A DNA stretch of 51,385 nt, counting the filler, from Bipalium vagum (lineage: Eukaryota): the NCBI GenBank assembly GCA_037834085.1. It is 3 parts of 3 records of this genome, joined end to end, with 100 filler letters (N's around TTAATTAATTAA, not from the genome) between each part and the next. Parts side by side here need not be neighbours in the genome. Positions count along the whole stretch, not along the records: positions 16,962 to 35,273 come from JBBMKC010033008.1; positions 35,374 to 51,385 come from JBBMKC010132382.1; 1 more part is not named here. One strand, 5' to 3'. The translations under genes were made by a program, and so were the position numbers. Under the pieces are notes generated by a model. The model saw nothing but the letters and a program-made list of their open reading frames with translations, did no database searches and had not been told where the DNA came from. Below, one piece after another: positions 25,278 through 38,535 of the stretch (positions are counted from its first letter, which is position 1; the number at the start of each line of letters is the position of its first letter).

Positions 25278-27241
25278 CTATCAAATTAAATAAACAAGGT
25301 CCAGTCTACTGTTAATTTTGTATGAAAAAAGTTACATTGGATGTTTGTAACCGATTCTTCTCCAAATAAATAAATTCCTTAACAGCCATATAGACGAATC
25401 TGTACTGGGTTTCGGTCTGAACCATACCCGACCGTTGGTCTCTTATGGCTTGCACTGTTCTCAAAATGTCTATATCTTTGTTGAGATCACCTCTGATTTG
25501 ATTGATTAAAATGTCGATAGCGATAAATGTGCCAGATCTGCCTATGCCAGCACTGCAATGAACTATAACTGGTCCACAATATCCCAGACATCTCTGAAAA
25601 TTATCGATGACAAAACGCGAAGTGTGTATTATTGCAAATTTTAATGATTAATTTTGTCTTGAGAAATTGTTTTAGACCACAAGAAATTCATGACTCAAAG
25701 ATAGAAACTGCCATCGTCACCACCACCAAACAACGCCCACAACATCCTCCTCAATCAATATTTTTTCTGTTACATCATAATCTAGTAACAAACAGACATA
25801 ACACATGACAGATTTTAGGCCATATTTTATTAATAATCGTTCACATAAATCTCATGACAGCAATTTCAAAATAAGTTTCACAGAGATCAATTTTTAAATA
25901 TCTTTTAATGAGAGACCATTACATATTTCCAGTAATGATTTCCATTTCCCAACCAAATGAAAAAATCAATGGCATATTTAATTATTCATCAACATATATA
26001 AGATTAAACTTGATAATCTAAACGCTAACTAAGCAAATGTCATAAAATCATTTTATTCCATAAAAATCGAGTCTCCTTCCAAACTAAACACTTTCCCAAT
26101 TAGGCTCAGCGTTTATTTTGAGATTAAAATAAAAATATTCCTAAATAATCCGCCAATATTTTGGCAGTCGCGTGACTCAGTCAACATCAACTTTTGACAT
26201 TACCAGTTGACCCAATTCTATCTTGTACTTTCATATATTGATATTTTTGTCTGATGGACCAAAATATCATTTTATCTCTGTTACACAGTTTCTGTCTTAA
26301 ATTGTCAAAATAATCAATGCACTGATTTTATAAATATTTTAAGTTTGGTTCATTGCTACCAAATAATATCGATTAACAACTATTGGACATTAAAATTAAA
26401 TATTTTTTTTAATTTAAAAAATTAAAAAATCAATAACTTACAGAAAAATGAATATTGATTCGATCTTATTGAATTTATTTAATAAATTTTAAATGGAACT
26501 GGTTCATTTAACAAGTTAATAAAAACAATATTAAATCGAAAAATGAAAATCGACTTGTAATAATGAGTAAAATAAATCTTAATTAACAAAATCATAGTTT
26601 AACTATCACAATTGAATGTCTGTTATTTTACATGATTTTATTACCAATGACAAAAATTTGATTTGCTCACAGATATTAATTGAATAAAAATTTTTCTTTC
26701 TTAGAGCTTTTAGTTAAAATTATTGATTTAAATATAGAAAAATTGTAAACTTTTCAAATAATCTCGAGTCATGAAAAGTATATTTTACAATTAATATTAA
26801 ATTTCTTTCTTAATATAATAATTAAGAAAGTAAAATAACAGTTCAATTATTTTAATTAAAAAATTAATAACTAGTGATAAATAATCAACTTCATAAAATT
26901 ATTTAAATTTAATTTTAAGAAATTATTTAGTTCACAAAATATCTTTGAAAAATAATAAATAATTTTTTGAAAAACATTTTTTTTGTAAAACTTAAATTTA
27001 GAAGAATCAATAACAGGTATTAGACATTAACGATTTTTTCAGTTTACCCCGTGTATCTTTAAAAATTTTTAAATTTGGCAATAAAAATTAATTCCTGTGT
27101 ACTATTGTAATTATACGGTCATAGAAAAGTAACAATGACTTAATGAAAAAATCTTGATTTTTATTGAAACATTATTATTTTGAAAATTTTTTATGTTGGG
27201 TTTGCCAAAAGCACGAACCCTTGATTTAGAATTATAAGTTC

Positions 27242-27297
<56 letters not shown>

Positions 27298-30200
27298 TAG
27301 TAATAATAGAATTTAATTAAAAGAAGTACTTTTAAGAAAAGCTTAATAGAAATTTATTATATTATTTCGCCATCGAGATAATGATAAATATAATAATAAA
27401 TTAATAATAATAAAAAGAATTATGTCCCGCCGCCACGACAATGATTTATAGAATTATTATAATAAAGGTAATTTTATCTCGCCGTCGAGATATTAAAAGT
27501 ATTAAAGATTGATTAGCCTTCTAAACGCAGAGATTGGCGGTTCTAGACCAATCTCTACAACTATTTAAGGCTAAGGATATCGCCAGAAATTCGCCCAAAA
27601 AGACAATTTTTGGAAATGTTGTTCTTTAACGTTATTGAGAATTTTCAGACTAAGATTTTGTTATTTATAAACGAGAGGTTTTCCAACGAAGATATTGTTA
27701 TTTATTTGGACCAGAGAAGATTATCCGCAGAAGTTATTTAAGTACAAATTTCCTATATGACAAAGGCGCAACAGGATTAAGCAACGGGGCCCATCGAGCT
27801 TGGAAAGTCCTAAGGAACCGAACAGGACCACGAAACGACCCTGAGACCCATTGTCGCTCATGGTGATAGGATTCTTTATCTTTTTTTTTGTTTGTTTTAA
27901 TTTTCATTTATTTTTTAATCTATATGATTTTAACAGTTAATCTAAGTAACATTATATTTGATTTTTTAGTGTTTTAAAGTGATTGTTTTGATTCACTTCG
28001 GACCGAGATAAAGTTTTATTTTGGTTATTTTGATTCAAGAGAGTTTAGACCTTTGTAGCAGTTTAAGTTAAATGAACATGACATTCGAAAAGTGAGGAGT
28101 TAGTGAAATTCGAGCTAAAGTTTCATATTACGATTTGGGAAAGAGTAACATTTCTATGCATTAATAATAATAATAATAATTTTAATTTTAATTTTAATTT
28201 TAATATTGAGAAATTATTTTTAAATTAAAAAATCTAAATATAAAAATATTCCATTTTTACCTATTAATGATATTTTTTAAAAATTATAAAAAAGAATTAT
28301 TAAAAATAAAACTAATATAATTTGATAAATGGGGATCGATGGAATCTACTTTATTCTCCTTCAAAACTAAAATTGCTCTAAAGAACACTTCTCAGAAAAA
28401 TTGATTTGTTACAGATTACAAAATCATTAACTGAGTATATATTGAAATGTCAATCAGATGTAAATCAATTGATCATTAATTGTATTGATATATTTAAGAT
28501 ATCCCTAATTCTATAATAAAGATTGATAGAAATTCAACAAGCTCTATAAGACTTCATAATCCTGTAATAACTTCAGTAATATCCAGGTAGAGACCTATAA
28601 AGAGCATTTATTTATTAGAGTTTAAAGTACTCAGAAAATTTCACATACAGGAGAATAACTTTCCAATAAATCCAACGCATTCTTTCACACATTTAATGTG
28701 GTTAAAAATTAATTATTAAATTATTATTAAATGCAGAACGGTTTATTTTCCATATAAAAATATATATTTAATATTCAACTCAGAAAAATATTTCAATTGC
28801 GATAAAAAATATTTATCAATTATAGAACTAATTATAAAAGCTAAACAATTGTGACAACGGCCCGGTGAAAGGGATTCATTAGGCTCCACAATTATATTAG
28901 TCAAACTTCAATTGATACACAACAAGCCATGCGAAAGTTCTAATTATTAAACATCCTCCCTACCCACAGAAACACAAAACTTCAAAATCAGCATTTATCG
29001 ATTTTTCAATCTCACAATGTCAATAGTTTACAGTTTTTTTGGGTTATTTTTAATAATAACAATATGACAAGGACACATACAAACAACCCCTTAAGCACAC
29101 GCATGACAACACGTCGGTAACTAAGTTCATTTGCGGTACAATTTTGTATAGGATCATGTGAGAAATTGAAATTAACCAATAAAATTGACGAAAAAAAATA
29201 TCGGTCTCATGTCGATCTGGATTCATCATTCAGTCGATGATTAAATGTAAATATAGTTTTAGATGCTTAGAAAACCAGTAAAACATATTTTGGCTTCTCA
29301 GAAATTGCAACGCTCTTCAAATTTATTAATATTATTATTTAATGAAATTTAATAGTATAATTTATTTCGCAAATTTTTATTAATTTATTAAAATTTTAAT
29401 ATTTATTTTTTAACTAAATTTTTTATTTTTTCTCATTTATATTTATTATTTATTTAAACTTTATTAAATATTTTTTAATTTTAATACATTTATTATTATT
29501 AAAAATAAATAAATTCTCACCTTTTGATAATTACAATCTTCCATAAAGCTCAGCAATGAAGAAGGATCTTTTGGAGTCCCATGATCAGGCCAAACCATAA
29601 ATTGATAGTGATAAACCTTCAATGCCTCATTTTTTTCACCAATTGAGTCCTTCGGAGATTTCCTGGATACCACAAGCTCTCGTAAAATAAATGTTTCATT
29701 TGATATCTCTGATACATGACTGATGACTATTCTTGCTTGATAAGTATCGAAAATCAGTTTTCCTTCTTCTTTTGTGGGCCAATACCGAACACATTTGTTC
29801 TACGTGGTTTATTGTCAGGAGGTTAACAAAGACAATTATTGAAATCATTTACTTTTCCTTTCTCAATCTCTTTGGTTATCATTACTATAATGTTACTCTT
29901 TTCTTGCCAAACCATTCTCCATAAATCAACAACAGTATTTTCCAAAGTTCCTTGAGTCGCTATATATCTCAACTTGACACAATTTGATTCAAGCTGATAA
30001 TCAGTGCCACTATCTATTTCACTCTTAATAAAATTTTTAAAAATCTATACTATATTGTAAAGAAATATAATATTGATTGATCAAATTTATCGCAAAAACC
30101 GAACCACAACATTCTATAAAAGGAATACATTTAAACAGTGAATGAATCCCGGTTGACTTATTCTAAATGAGATCTATTAATTTAAAATTGAAAGAAAAAG

Positions 30201-33200
30201 GTCTATATAAAAGCCCAAAAGGTTTCAAACTATTATATTAGATAATTTTTGATAATCCACTTTGTGAAAATAAAATTTAAATTCTAAAATTTCATTCTGA
30301 CATAAACTAATAACGATTCGTAATTACAATATTCATTTCACCTGTGAGAATATAAATTAAAAATTGAAAAAATTGTTATAGATAAAAACGAATCCAAATC
30401 GATTTCATAAGTTTATTTTTATAAAATTACATATACAATATAAATTCTTTAAATTTAATTATTCAACCAATCCTAATAAAATTCATTTAAATTCTCGCAA
30501 ATTTTCAATAGACAAAAAGTCATCTTAAAAATATTTCATATCTTCTTTAATATTTTAAACTGTAAAGAAATTATACGGAATGTATTATATATAAAATAAA
30601 CGTTTCAATCTTGAAGATGGAAAAAAGAATTTATTTTTCCCTGGATATAAATCGATTTTTTGAATAAGAAAAAACCTAAAACAGAAAATACTTCAACTAT
30701 GAGTGAAATCAATATTACAAATATAAACTAAAATTATTCAATAAATAACAAAATTGAATAATTTCTTATAAAATAAATTACAAATTAAGGATTTTATAAT
30801 TGAGTCCCAAATATTTTTCCATAATAAATATATATTTAAAATTATATTTAATGTATTTATAATAAATTTTAAATTATTATTCTTAATTTTCAATAAACAC
30901 CAAATAAATCATGTACTTTCTCTCAATTGAGAGATAGAATATGGATAGAATAGGGAAAAAATGTAAATATTCATCGATAAATTGGTTGCTTATTAAAAGT
31001 TTTAAAAATATCGAAAGATTTATCAAATTATTGCAATCGATATATATATATTGATTTATTTATGTTTATAATTCATAAATGTTAACGTGAAATTTTATCA
31101 AGTGAACCCAGAGCTGCTTTATCTCGACTTGAATTTGTTGAGAGATTTTAGGCATATGGAATTATATTGATTTGTTTATATTACATTTTATACTTTGTAA
31201 CTTACAAGAGACTGTGATGAAAGAGTCACGAACTACACATGCTCGTTTATTGAGATTATAAATGATAAACTTTGTTCACGTACATCTCGTCCTTCCTCCT
31301 TCGAACGAAAATAACATGGAATTTAATTACGAAAATTATCGAATTGGTTGGATATTTTTCTGAAATATTATTGATAACATTTCTTGCTAAACTTAAGATT
31401 TTGTGGGTGATCTTTTAAAAAGCAAGGCTCATCAATTTGAAAACTTTTCTATATTTAACTTCAAGTTTTTTTGAAATTTTTAATAACAAATCTAGAAATC
31501 ATACTGATTTTTAGTTTATTACAATTTAAGAATCGATAAATGATTTAAAACTAATATCAAGTAATTCCATTCTTTGAGATTATTCTGAATGCGAAAAATT
31601 TATTTATGATCACCTAGAGCATCAAATAATAACCAATCAAAAAAGAAATAAACTGATATTTTTAATATAATATTATGTATCAATAATAAAAATAAAATAT
31701 TTACGGGCCAATTAATGTAGTTTGCGTTAATATAATCTGATCCCGGGACATTTGGATCACCATCGATTAATTTCACACGATTATTGTCAAATGGTAGAAT
31801 ATTTCTGTACCGATTTTTATCGGCATTGTAAAGCTTGAAGCCCTCGTCTCTTGTTAAACTTTTGCTGCGAGCATCCTGCTGTAGTTCATCAAACTCTTCC
31901 AAAAAACCGGCATGAACATTAGGACCTCGGCCAATATTCTTTTCCAATTGAGTCATTCTTTCTTTTATGCTCAATACATTAACTCTTGTAGCATTAAAAG
32001 GCTGAATGAATTCAGTGTTAATTAGGGGATTTCTTTAATAATCTTAAAATAATGATTTATTGTTTATTTACGAGAAAAGAAAATCTAGTGTTAATTTTAA
32101 ATTAATTAAAACAATACTAAAATATATCGATAATTAATCAGTTTAAAAATTAACTAATCCATATATAATATTTAAATTTTATTACAATAGTATAATAATA
32201 ATATCGATCAATAATAATTTTATAAATTACTATAAACAATAAAAATATAGAAAATCACCAAGCCAAATTAAATAAAATCTTTTTTTATTACTCTTATCTA
32301 CTTGAAAACTTATATGATTATAAAGCTCACTTAGTTTTAACAAAATTGTATTAATTAATTCAATAAATCAATTAATTTCACATATGCTTAAGTATCAATT
32401 AATAATAATAATAATAAAATAATATAACAATAAATATTGTTCTAAGTTTTCTATTCATTTTTGTAAATAAAGATTTTAACGATGACATTTATCCCAGTCA
32501 ATAAAAGGTAAAAACAGCCTAAAACTCGAATGTTTGTGATTAGATTGTGCCACAAAGTTTTTATCAATTTTTATGAGTAAAAGGAAATTTCAATTCGTCT
32601 GTTCACTGTAAGATAATTATGAAATACAAAAACTATTAAGTAACAAAGAAAATTCGATAATCACTAGACTGGCATGACAATCGAGCTCTTTTCTTGTTAG
32701 GTAAGTTTGTTTCAATGCAAAATCTAGCATAGGTTAAAATATTGAGCATCTTATTAGAGGTAACTTAATTTAGTAGACAATATTATCAGAAACAAATGAA
32801 TGAGCCATTTTAGAAAAATTGTGTAATTTCTAAAAACTACACATATTTTTAAACTTTTAGTTACTATATTAACATTTTTTTACCTTTTCTGATCAATTGT
32901 GAATATCAAATAGCCTATTAAAACTCATCCACTTCAAATTCCTCATATCCTTTTAATAAATTCAAGTTATTTCTAGATTATTTCCACTCAATCACTATCC
33001 AGTTTTTATTATTTATTCATTTAAATTAAGTCAATAATTTAAGCTGACTAATTTTAATAATTGATTTTATGATAAAATTTATTGAGAAAAATCGAATAGT
33101 TAATAAAAACAAGATAATTATTAAAAAAAAGTGACTAAAAAAATAAATATTAATATTTTATATGGACAACTAAGACTTTAAATTTTTCATAACATAAAGA

Positions 33201-34132
33201 TAACAGAAGTTATAAAATTTTTTCCGGACAATAATTATTTAGACAGGATTAATAACAATAATAATTTTATAATGAGAAACTAACATGGATCAATGAAACT
33301 AGTGTTCCAGATTTTTCAACCATAGGGGTAGTGACGTAAAAATCGATCAAATCTTTCAAATTATCAAACTGACGTCCACCACCAATATCAAATTTTTTAT
33401 TTTCACGACAATAAATCATTACGTGATCCACATGATCTCCAGTCAACACTGAGACTACATATGATCCAATATTTCGCATTGATTCTCTAACGAGAAAGCT
33501 TCCGTTCCTTCCTTTTTCCAGAAGCATTTTCTCTGCTTCTTTTCCATTGATGTCACCATGAAACCATCTTTTTTAAGAAGCAAAATAATACATCAACCAT
33601 TGAATTTATAATACATACCTTTCAGTAGTTGGATCCATGCTGGATACTGGATATTTGAGTTCGATAATTTGACCGTTTTTCTCTTTCAGCTCTTTACCAT
33701 CTTGCATGTAATATGCTACCAATTCTGTTAGTGTAGCAAACTTTTCTCCTCCATATAAATCCAAAAAATCATCGGTATTTTGTATTTTAATATGTGTGAC
33801 TTCATTGCCTCGTCGCACTGATAATGTGAAACTCCCGGGTGAACTATAACTCGGTCTGGCTAAAAAACTTCCACTAGTTCCACGTTCGAACAATAACTTT
33901 TCTGAATCGACTCCAGAAATGTGATGGAACCACCTGAAAGTTGATCAGTAACAAAAGGTTTTGAAATAAGTAATCCAGAATTATGAATTCCGAGTTAAAA
34001 ATCGAAATATTATATTATGAGATATTAATAGTGTACTAATATAAAAATAATTTATTTAACAGAGAAACATAAAAACTAATTTGCATTTTTACAAAAGATA
34101 CACAAGTATTTTATTTACCTGTTTGTCGTCAT
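25008..34132 (-). CDS. PTPN11: SHP2/corkscrew-like non-receptor protein tyrosine phosphatase (N-SH2, C-SH2, PTP, C-tail); 8 coding exons, 628 aa
   Basis: Exons 34132-34119, 33933-33619, 33567-33285, 32001-31705, 30023-29853, 29799-29521, 25593-25336 and 25277-25008 join in frame through GT..AG introns (total 1887 nt). Motifs: [96 protein letters not shown]. Confidence 0.96.
25336..25593 (-). CDS. PTPN11: SHP2 exon 7 (catalytic P-loop and Q-loop)
   Basis: tttcag|[24 protein letters not shown]...[16 protein letters not shown]...TSN|gtaact. Translated by hand. Confidence 0.95.
27194..28150 (+). mobile_element. solo LTR inside SHP2 intron 6, antisense to the gene
   Basis: TGTT...TAACA termini, flanks TTTTTA/TTTCTA, TATTTAA box at about 27562, GC-richer R-like region, same layout as 19141-19901. 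Confidence 0.72.
27242..27309. repeat. (AAT)n microsatellite within the LTR
   Basis: Long perfect AAT run, visible directly. Confidence 0.95.
29521..29799 (-). CDS. PTPN11: SHP2 exon 6 (PTP domain, WPD loop)
   Basis: cgtag|NKCVRYWP...VWPDHGTP...CNYQK|gtgaga, after a 53-nt intron. Confidence 0.95.
29853..30023 (-). CDS. PTPN11: SHP2 exon 5 (PTP domain)
   Basis: taag|SEIDSGTDY...[22 protein letters not shown]...EIEKGK|gtaaat. Not in the ORF track; translated by hand. Confidence 0.9.
31705..32001 (-). CDS. PTPN11: SHP2 exon 4 (linker and start of PTP domain)
   Basis: ttcag|PFNATRVN...[11 protein letters not shown]...[11 protein letters not shown]|gtaaat. Confidence 0.95.
33285..33567 (-). CDS. 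PTPN11: SHP2 exon 3 (C-SH2)
   Basis: aaag|A TGG TTT CAT GGT ... SLIH|gttagt, after a 51-nt intron. Confidence 0.95.
33619..33933 (-). CDS. PTPN11: SHP2 exon 2 (N-SH2)
   Basis: tttcag|G TGG TTC CAT ... DPTTE AG|gtatgt. Overlaps ORF 33606..33893. Confidence 0.95.
34119..34132 (-). CDS. PTPN11: SHP2 exon 1 (14-nt coding microexon, MTTN-R)
   Basis: ATGACGACAAACAG|gtaaat. Same 14-nt length and phase as the first coding exon of vertebrate PTPN11 (MTSR-R). Confidence 0.85.
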
Positions 34133-35273
34133 ATTATAAAAATTTGAAAATGCGTTTAAATAAAACCAACATTATTTGGAATGTAATATTGTATATATTA
34201 ATATTAGATATTAACCTTTAATAATAAATATCAATGGTTTTTCTTTTTTAATGTTTTACATTTAAATTTCTCATTTAGTCATTGCTCTTATTAAATTATG
34301 ATATTCTTTTAATAAAAAATAATTTATAGCAAGTTTAAGTAAGTAAAATTTTAAAATGAATTGATTGGTAATTGGCAATACTGAAAATTATTTTTTGATT
34401 GAGATATTTCATAATGAAAATTAGAAAATATATTAATTTCTAAATTGAAAATTAAAAACAGTAACACCTTGAAAATTATTAATAATTTTGGTAATTCACA
34501 GCTTAAATTTTTAATTATATTAGCTAGTTTATCATTACAATTTTCGATTATATACAATTTTTTCAATATATTATTCTATTTATATTAAAATTCCGAAAGA
34601 GAATTCATTATATAAAATCGACGAAACAAATTAATGGTAAAAAACAAAGAGATAAAAAAAGTATAATGAAAAAATTGTTTCTATTTTCTTCGAAATGTGT
34701 GACTGTAAGCTTGAACTTCTTCAACTCCTTACTTTTTCGATAACGTATTCGCTAATTCTAAATTACTCCAAAAATTATCCTCTTTTTAATCAAAATAATC
34801 GTAAATAACTTTATTTTATCACAAGCTACAATCAAGAGCAAATCAGTCACAAAGTCAAATCAATATCAAATTGCCCACAGAGGAAAACAAAAATATCAAG
34901 TCGATAAATTTTAATAAAATAATATGTTAATATAATGTTTATCAAAGTTTAAACACAAAAATATGATTAATAATATAAAGTTTTAAATGTTAAAACATCG
35001 AACTATTTGAAAATGAAAAATATAATTTTATTGCAACTGTCGTTGAAGATATATTATGAACTATTGATTATAGCAATAACTATCTGTGAAACTATCTGTG
35101 ATAACTATATTCGGTGTAATTATCTTGTATAAATATCTTAATTGTATTTATCTAGCATGTATTGGGTAGTTGCATTAATTTTCGCTGTTTGTTTTTCTTA
35201 ATCAGTTTGATTAATAATCTGGTGACAATTTAAATAAAATAGTAAAATTTATTATGTATTGACATTAACCTTT

Positions 35274-35373
35274 NNNNNNNNNNNNNNNNNNNNNNNNNNN
35301 NNNNNNNNNNNNNNNNNTTAATTAATTAANNNNNNNNNNNNNNNNNNNNNNNNNNNNNNNNNNNNNNNNNNNN
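35274..35373. other. artificial contig spacer
   Basis: 44 N + TTAATTAATTAA + 44 N. Confidence 0.97.
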
Positions 35374-37309
35374 GAAATTATATTCGGAAAGAAAATATTT
35401 CGTGATGAGTGGTATGGCAAAGATAACAAATATTCAGATGATCAATCTACTGCGGCAGAAAAAACAAAAAGAATTTGTTGTCTTGTGTTTTTGTTTAAAA
35501 AATTTAGCTTGTTTTACACTTAACTTTTTGCATATTTATTATTTTAAGTACAACTAATTTTCTTTTTAAAACATTTATTTAATTTAGTTTCTATTTTTAG
35601 AAAGATACACTATTTTAATTATATTAATATCTATTTTTAGTAAGCTCTAAATCCTATATTTATTTTATATTCAGGTTTTTCTATCTTGTTAATATATTAA
35701 CAATTTAATTAATAATAAAAATGATAAAATAATAATAATTGTATAACTTTAATTTGAAAATACCATAAACACATAAAAGAGTTGTGAAAAAGGAAGATTG
35801 TTTATTTTTACAAAGAATTTTTGTTTCAGATCGAAAAAATTACACAAAAAATTATTTGTCATAAAAAATGTTTATTTTGGGATTCTCCAAACAAATATAT
35901 AGTTTTTAAAGTATAGTCTATTTACAATTAAAGTCGCCTCCCTGGATTTCCAGATAATATATATTTCTTATATGAAGCTAAAAATTATGTTAATACTACG
36001 TAATGTTATATTAGAACATGATATTCACAACTTTTCAAGTTTTAGAGTTAATAAAATTAGTTTTTCTATAAGTGCTTGATCCTTCAAAAGAATAGAATTG
36101 AATAAGAATATAGAAGCGAGACGTACGTTATAAGATCTTCATCAGAATTATTTTGAATCATTTATTTTACTAAATTAATTTTTTATTTTATGTTCTCTCA
36201 GTATGTTAAAATAGCTGCCAAATGATATAGAAAATAATAATAAAAAAGAAGCAATAAATAAATTAGCAGAGTGCATAAACTAAAATCTATTTTTAGAAAA
36301 TAACAGGTAAATAAAATTAAAAACATTTATTTTAATATACATTCATTTCTAATTTAACAATTTTTTTAGCAGAATTTTTAGAGTTTATATTTTCAACTTA
36401 ACAAAGATTTAAAATTATTAGAAATATGAAAAGGTAAACGAAGTAATGAAATTTAAAATTTAAAATAAAGTGAAAAGTCATAAATTTCTTTTATATATAA
36501 CATTAGGTTTTATTAGTTTTTGTTTTACTTTTTTAATTAAACATTCTTTTTGAAAATTCAAAAAGTATCAATATGGTTATTTAAGGTATTTATAATTATT
36601 GTATAATTATAGATCTTGTAATTTAGTAAATTATTATTTATTCAAACTAATTTCAATAATTTTGTGCTCTGCTTGATTTTTTGCAGATTTGTTTTGGTTA
36701 CTAATGAAATATTGACAATTTTATTTTATTTTAATTATTAATTTTTTAAATACCACCAGTTTGATGTCTCCTTACAATAAATTGAATATTGATTATTATG
36801 TGTTTAAATGAAATGTGTTTAAAAATCTAAATGGGTATTGGTTCAATTGAGAAAAACGTATGATTGATTCCAGTTGATGATAAAGCATGATTTAATACGT
36901 TATAATAATACACCGATTTTTATTTCTTGGTAAATTCATTTTTTGGTAAATGACGTTTTGACTTAAATTTATACAAATGGTTAATATCTTTCATTATTTA
37001 TCCTCCAGTGATAATAAAGGCAATTTAAATAAAATTCAAATTTTTATTATTACAATTTTAGAAAACCGATTTTTATTTTATCGATTAATTTCAATTTTAA
37101 TTTTCATTAATAATTAAAATCAATAATGAATTTTAAAATGATTCAGAAAGTTTTTATATAATTTCTTATTCAGTATAAAATGACTAGTGTACACTCGCTT
37201 ATATTGCAACATTTCCAAAATATTTTTAAAACCAACAAATATAAATGATTTTTATAAAATTCTAAACTGATCTGAATTTCTTGGTATTTAATTGTGGTAC
37301 TATACATTA

Positions 37310-37785
37310 TTTTGTTAAAAGAAAAAAGAAATCTTTATTATTAAGTTACAGATTTTGAAAAATTTGAAAGAATAGAATTATCACAAAAAGAAGCATTTTA
37401 TTCTATTATAAATTTTTCAAATGAAGCATTTGAAATTGGATTTGTTTGAAGTTCATTTGGAATATAAATATGAAGAATTAAAATATATTGTGAATCTTAT
37501 CCATTAAAAATAGTAAATATAATAGTTGTCGGACTTAAAAAAAATTGAAAAAATAATCAAACATAATGCATTAAAAATTAATTTTAGACATGAAAACAAA
37601 AAAATTATTAAATTTCTCAATTTTACTTTAGATTCTGAAAGTGATAAATGGTACTATTTTCATTTAAACAAAATCATAGTTAAAAAATTATATTGATTAT
37701 AATATAGATTTCATAAAATTTTCAAAACCAGATTTTGAAAAAGATAATTGTGTCTCTGTCTTTGGAAAAACTATGTAAAATATTA
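37310..37785 (+). pseudogene. decayed Polinton/Maverick/adintovirus-type family B DNA polymerase
   Basis: Collinear remnants: DFEKFERIELSQKEAFYS; KLILD; FKQ...YIDYN; DFEKD...SVFGKTM*NI (motif B, NSVFGKTMEN-like). Many stops and deletions. Confidence 0.72.
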
Positions 37786-38310
37786 TCTTTCATTTTAAAA
37801 GTTTTAAGGGCAAACCTTTGGTATTAGAGACTCCGTCACGTAATTCGAAATCTTCAGGAATATCAATTGAATCAAAATTTGTAGTTGAGTTAATTCCATA
37901 TTTACATAAAAACTCTAGTAATGTATTTGTTTTACAATCTTAAATCTACTCGAAACATTTGGTTTCAAAAGCGAGTCTTTGATTCTAACACTTTCAGTGT
38001 GCATTTTTTAAAATAAATTTTTTAAAATTTTAAATTCTTTTTAATAAGGTTCAATAAATTAAATCTTCATCTAAATATTCAGTATACATCATTATGTCAT
38101 TCAAATTGAATTGTCTCATTAGCTCTCTATAAGACAAATTAAATTCTTTAGCTACATATCTCCAATCATAATCCAAAAATCTATCATGATAAAAACGACA
38201 AAAAGATTAGAACATTTTTAAAATTACATTTTGAGTTTGCGTAAAAAAATATTGATGGGAAAATTTTGAGTTGTGAAAACTAGTCTTCGGTTCTAGCACC
38301 TTCGGTGTGT

Positions 38311-38535
38311 TTATTTACTTTTCTCGTAAGGATCAAAATATAGTGTAGATCCTTGTTTAATTATTTTAATTTTCCAAAGCTTTTGCAATAATTCTTTTCT
38401 TTCTGATTTCTGTAATCCTTTATATTCTGAACTATTTAAAATTGTATTTTTTAACCCTTTTCCAAAATATAGATCGAAGTAAAGTCTAGCTCCAGATTTT
38501 TGTTCCTCCTTGGGTTTAAGCTTTTCAACTTCCAT
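38311..38535 (-). CDS. small basic ORF of unknown function in the Polinton-like relic
   Basis: 74-aa ATG ORF with a helical-looking KSERKELLQKLWK segment; no family recognised. Confidence 0.3.
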   Translation of the reverse strand: MEVEKLKPKEEQKSGARLYFDLYFGKGLKNTILNSSEYKGLQKSERKELLQKLWKIKIIKQGSTLYFDPYEKSK

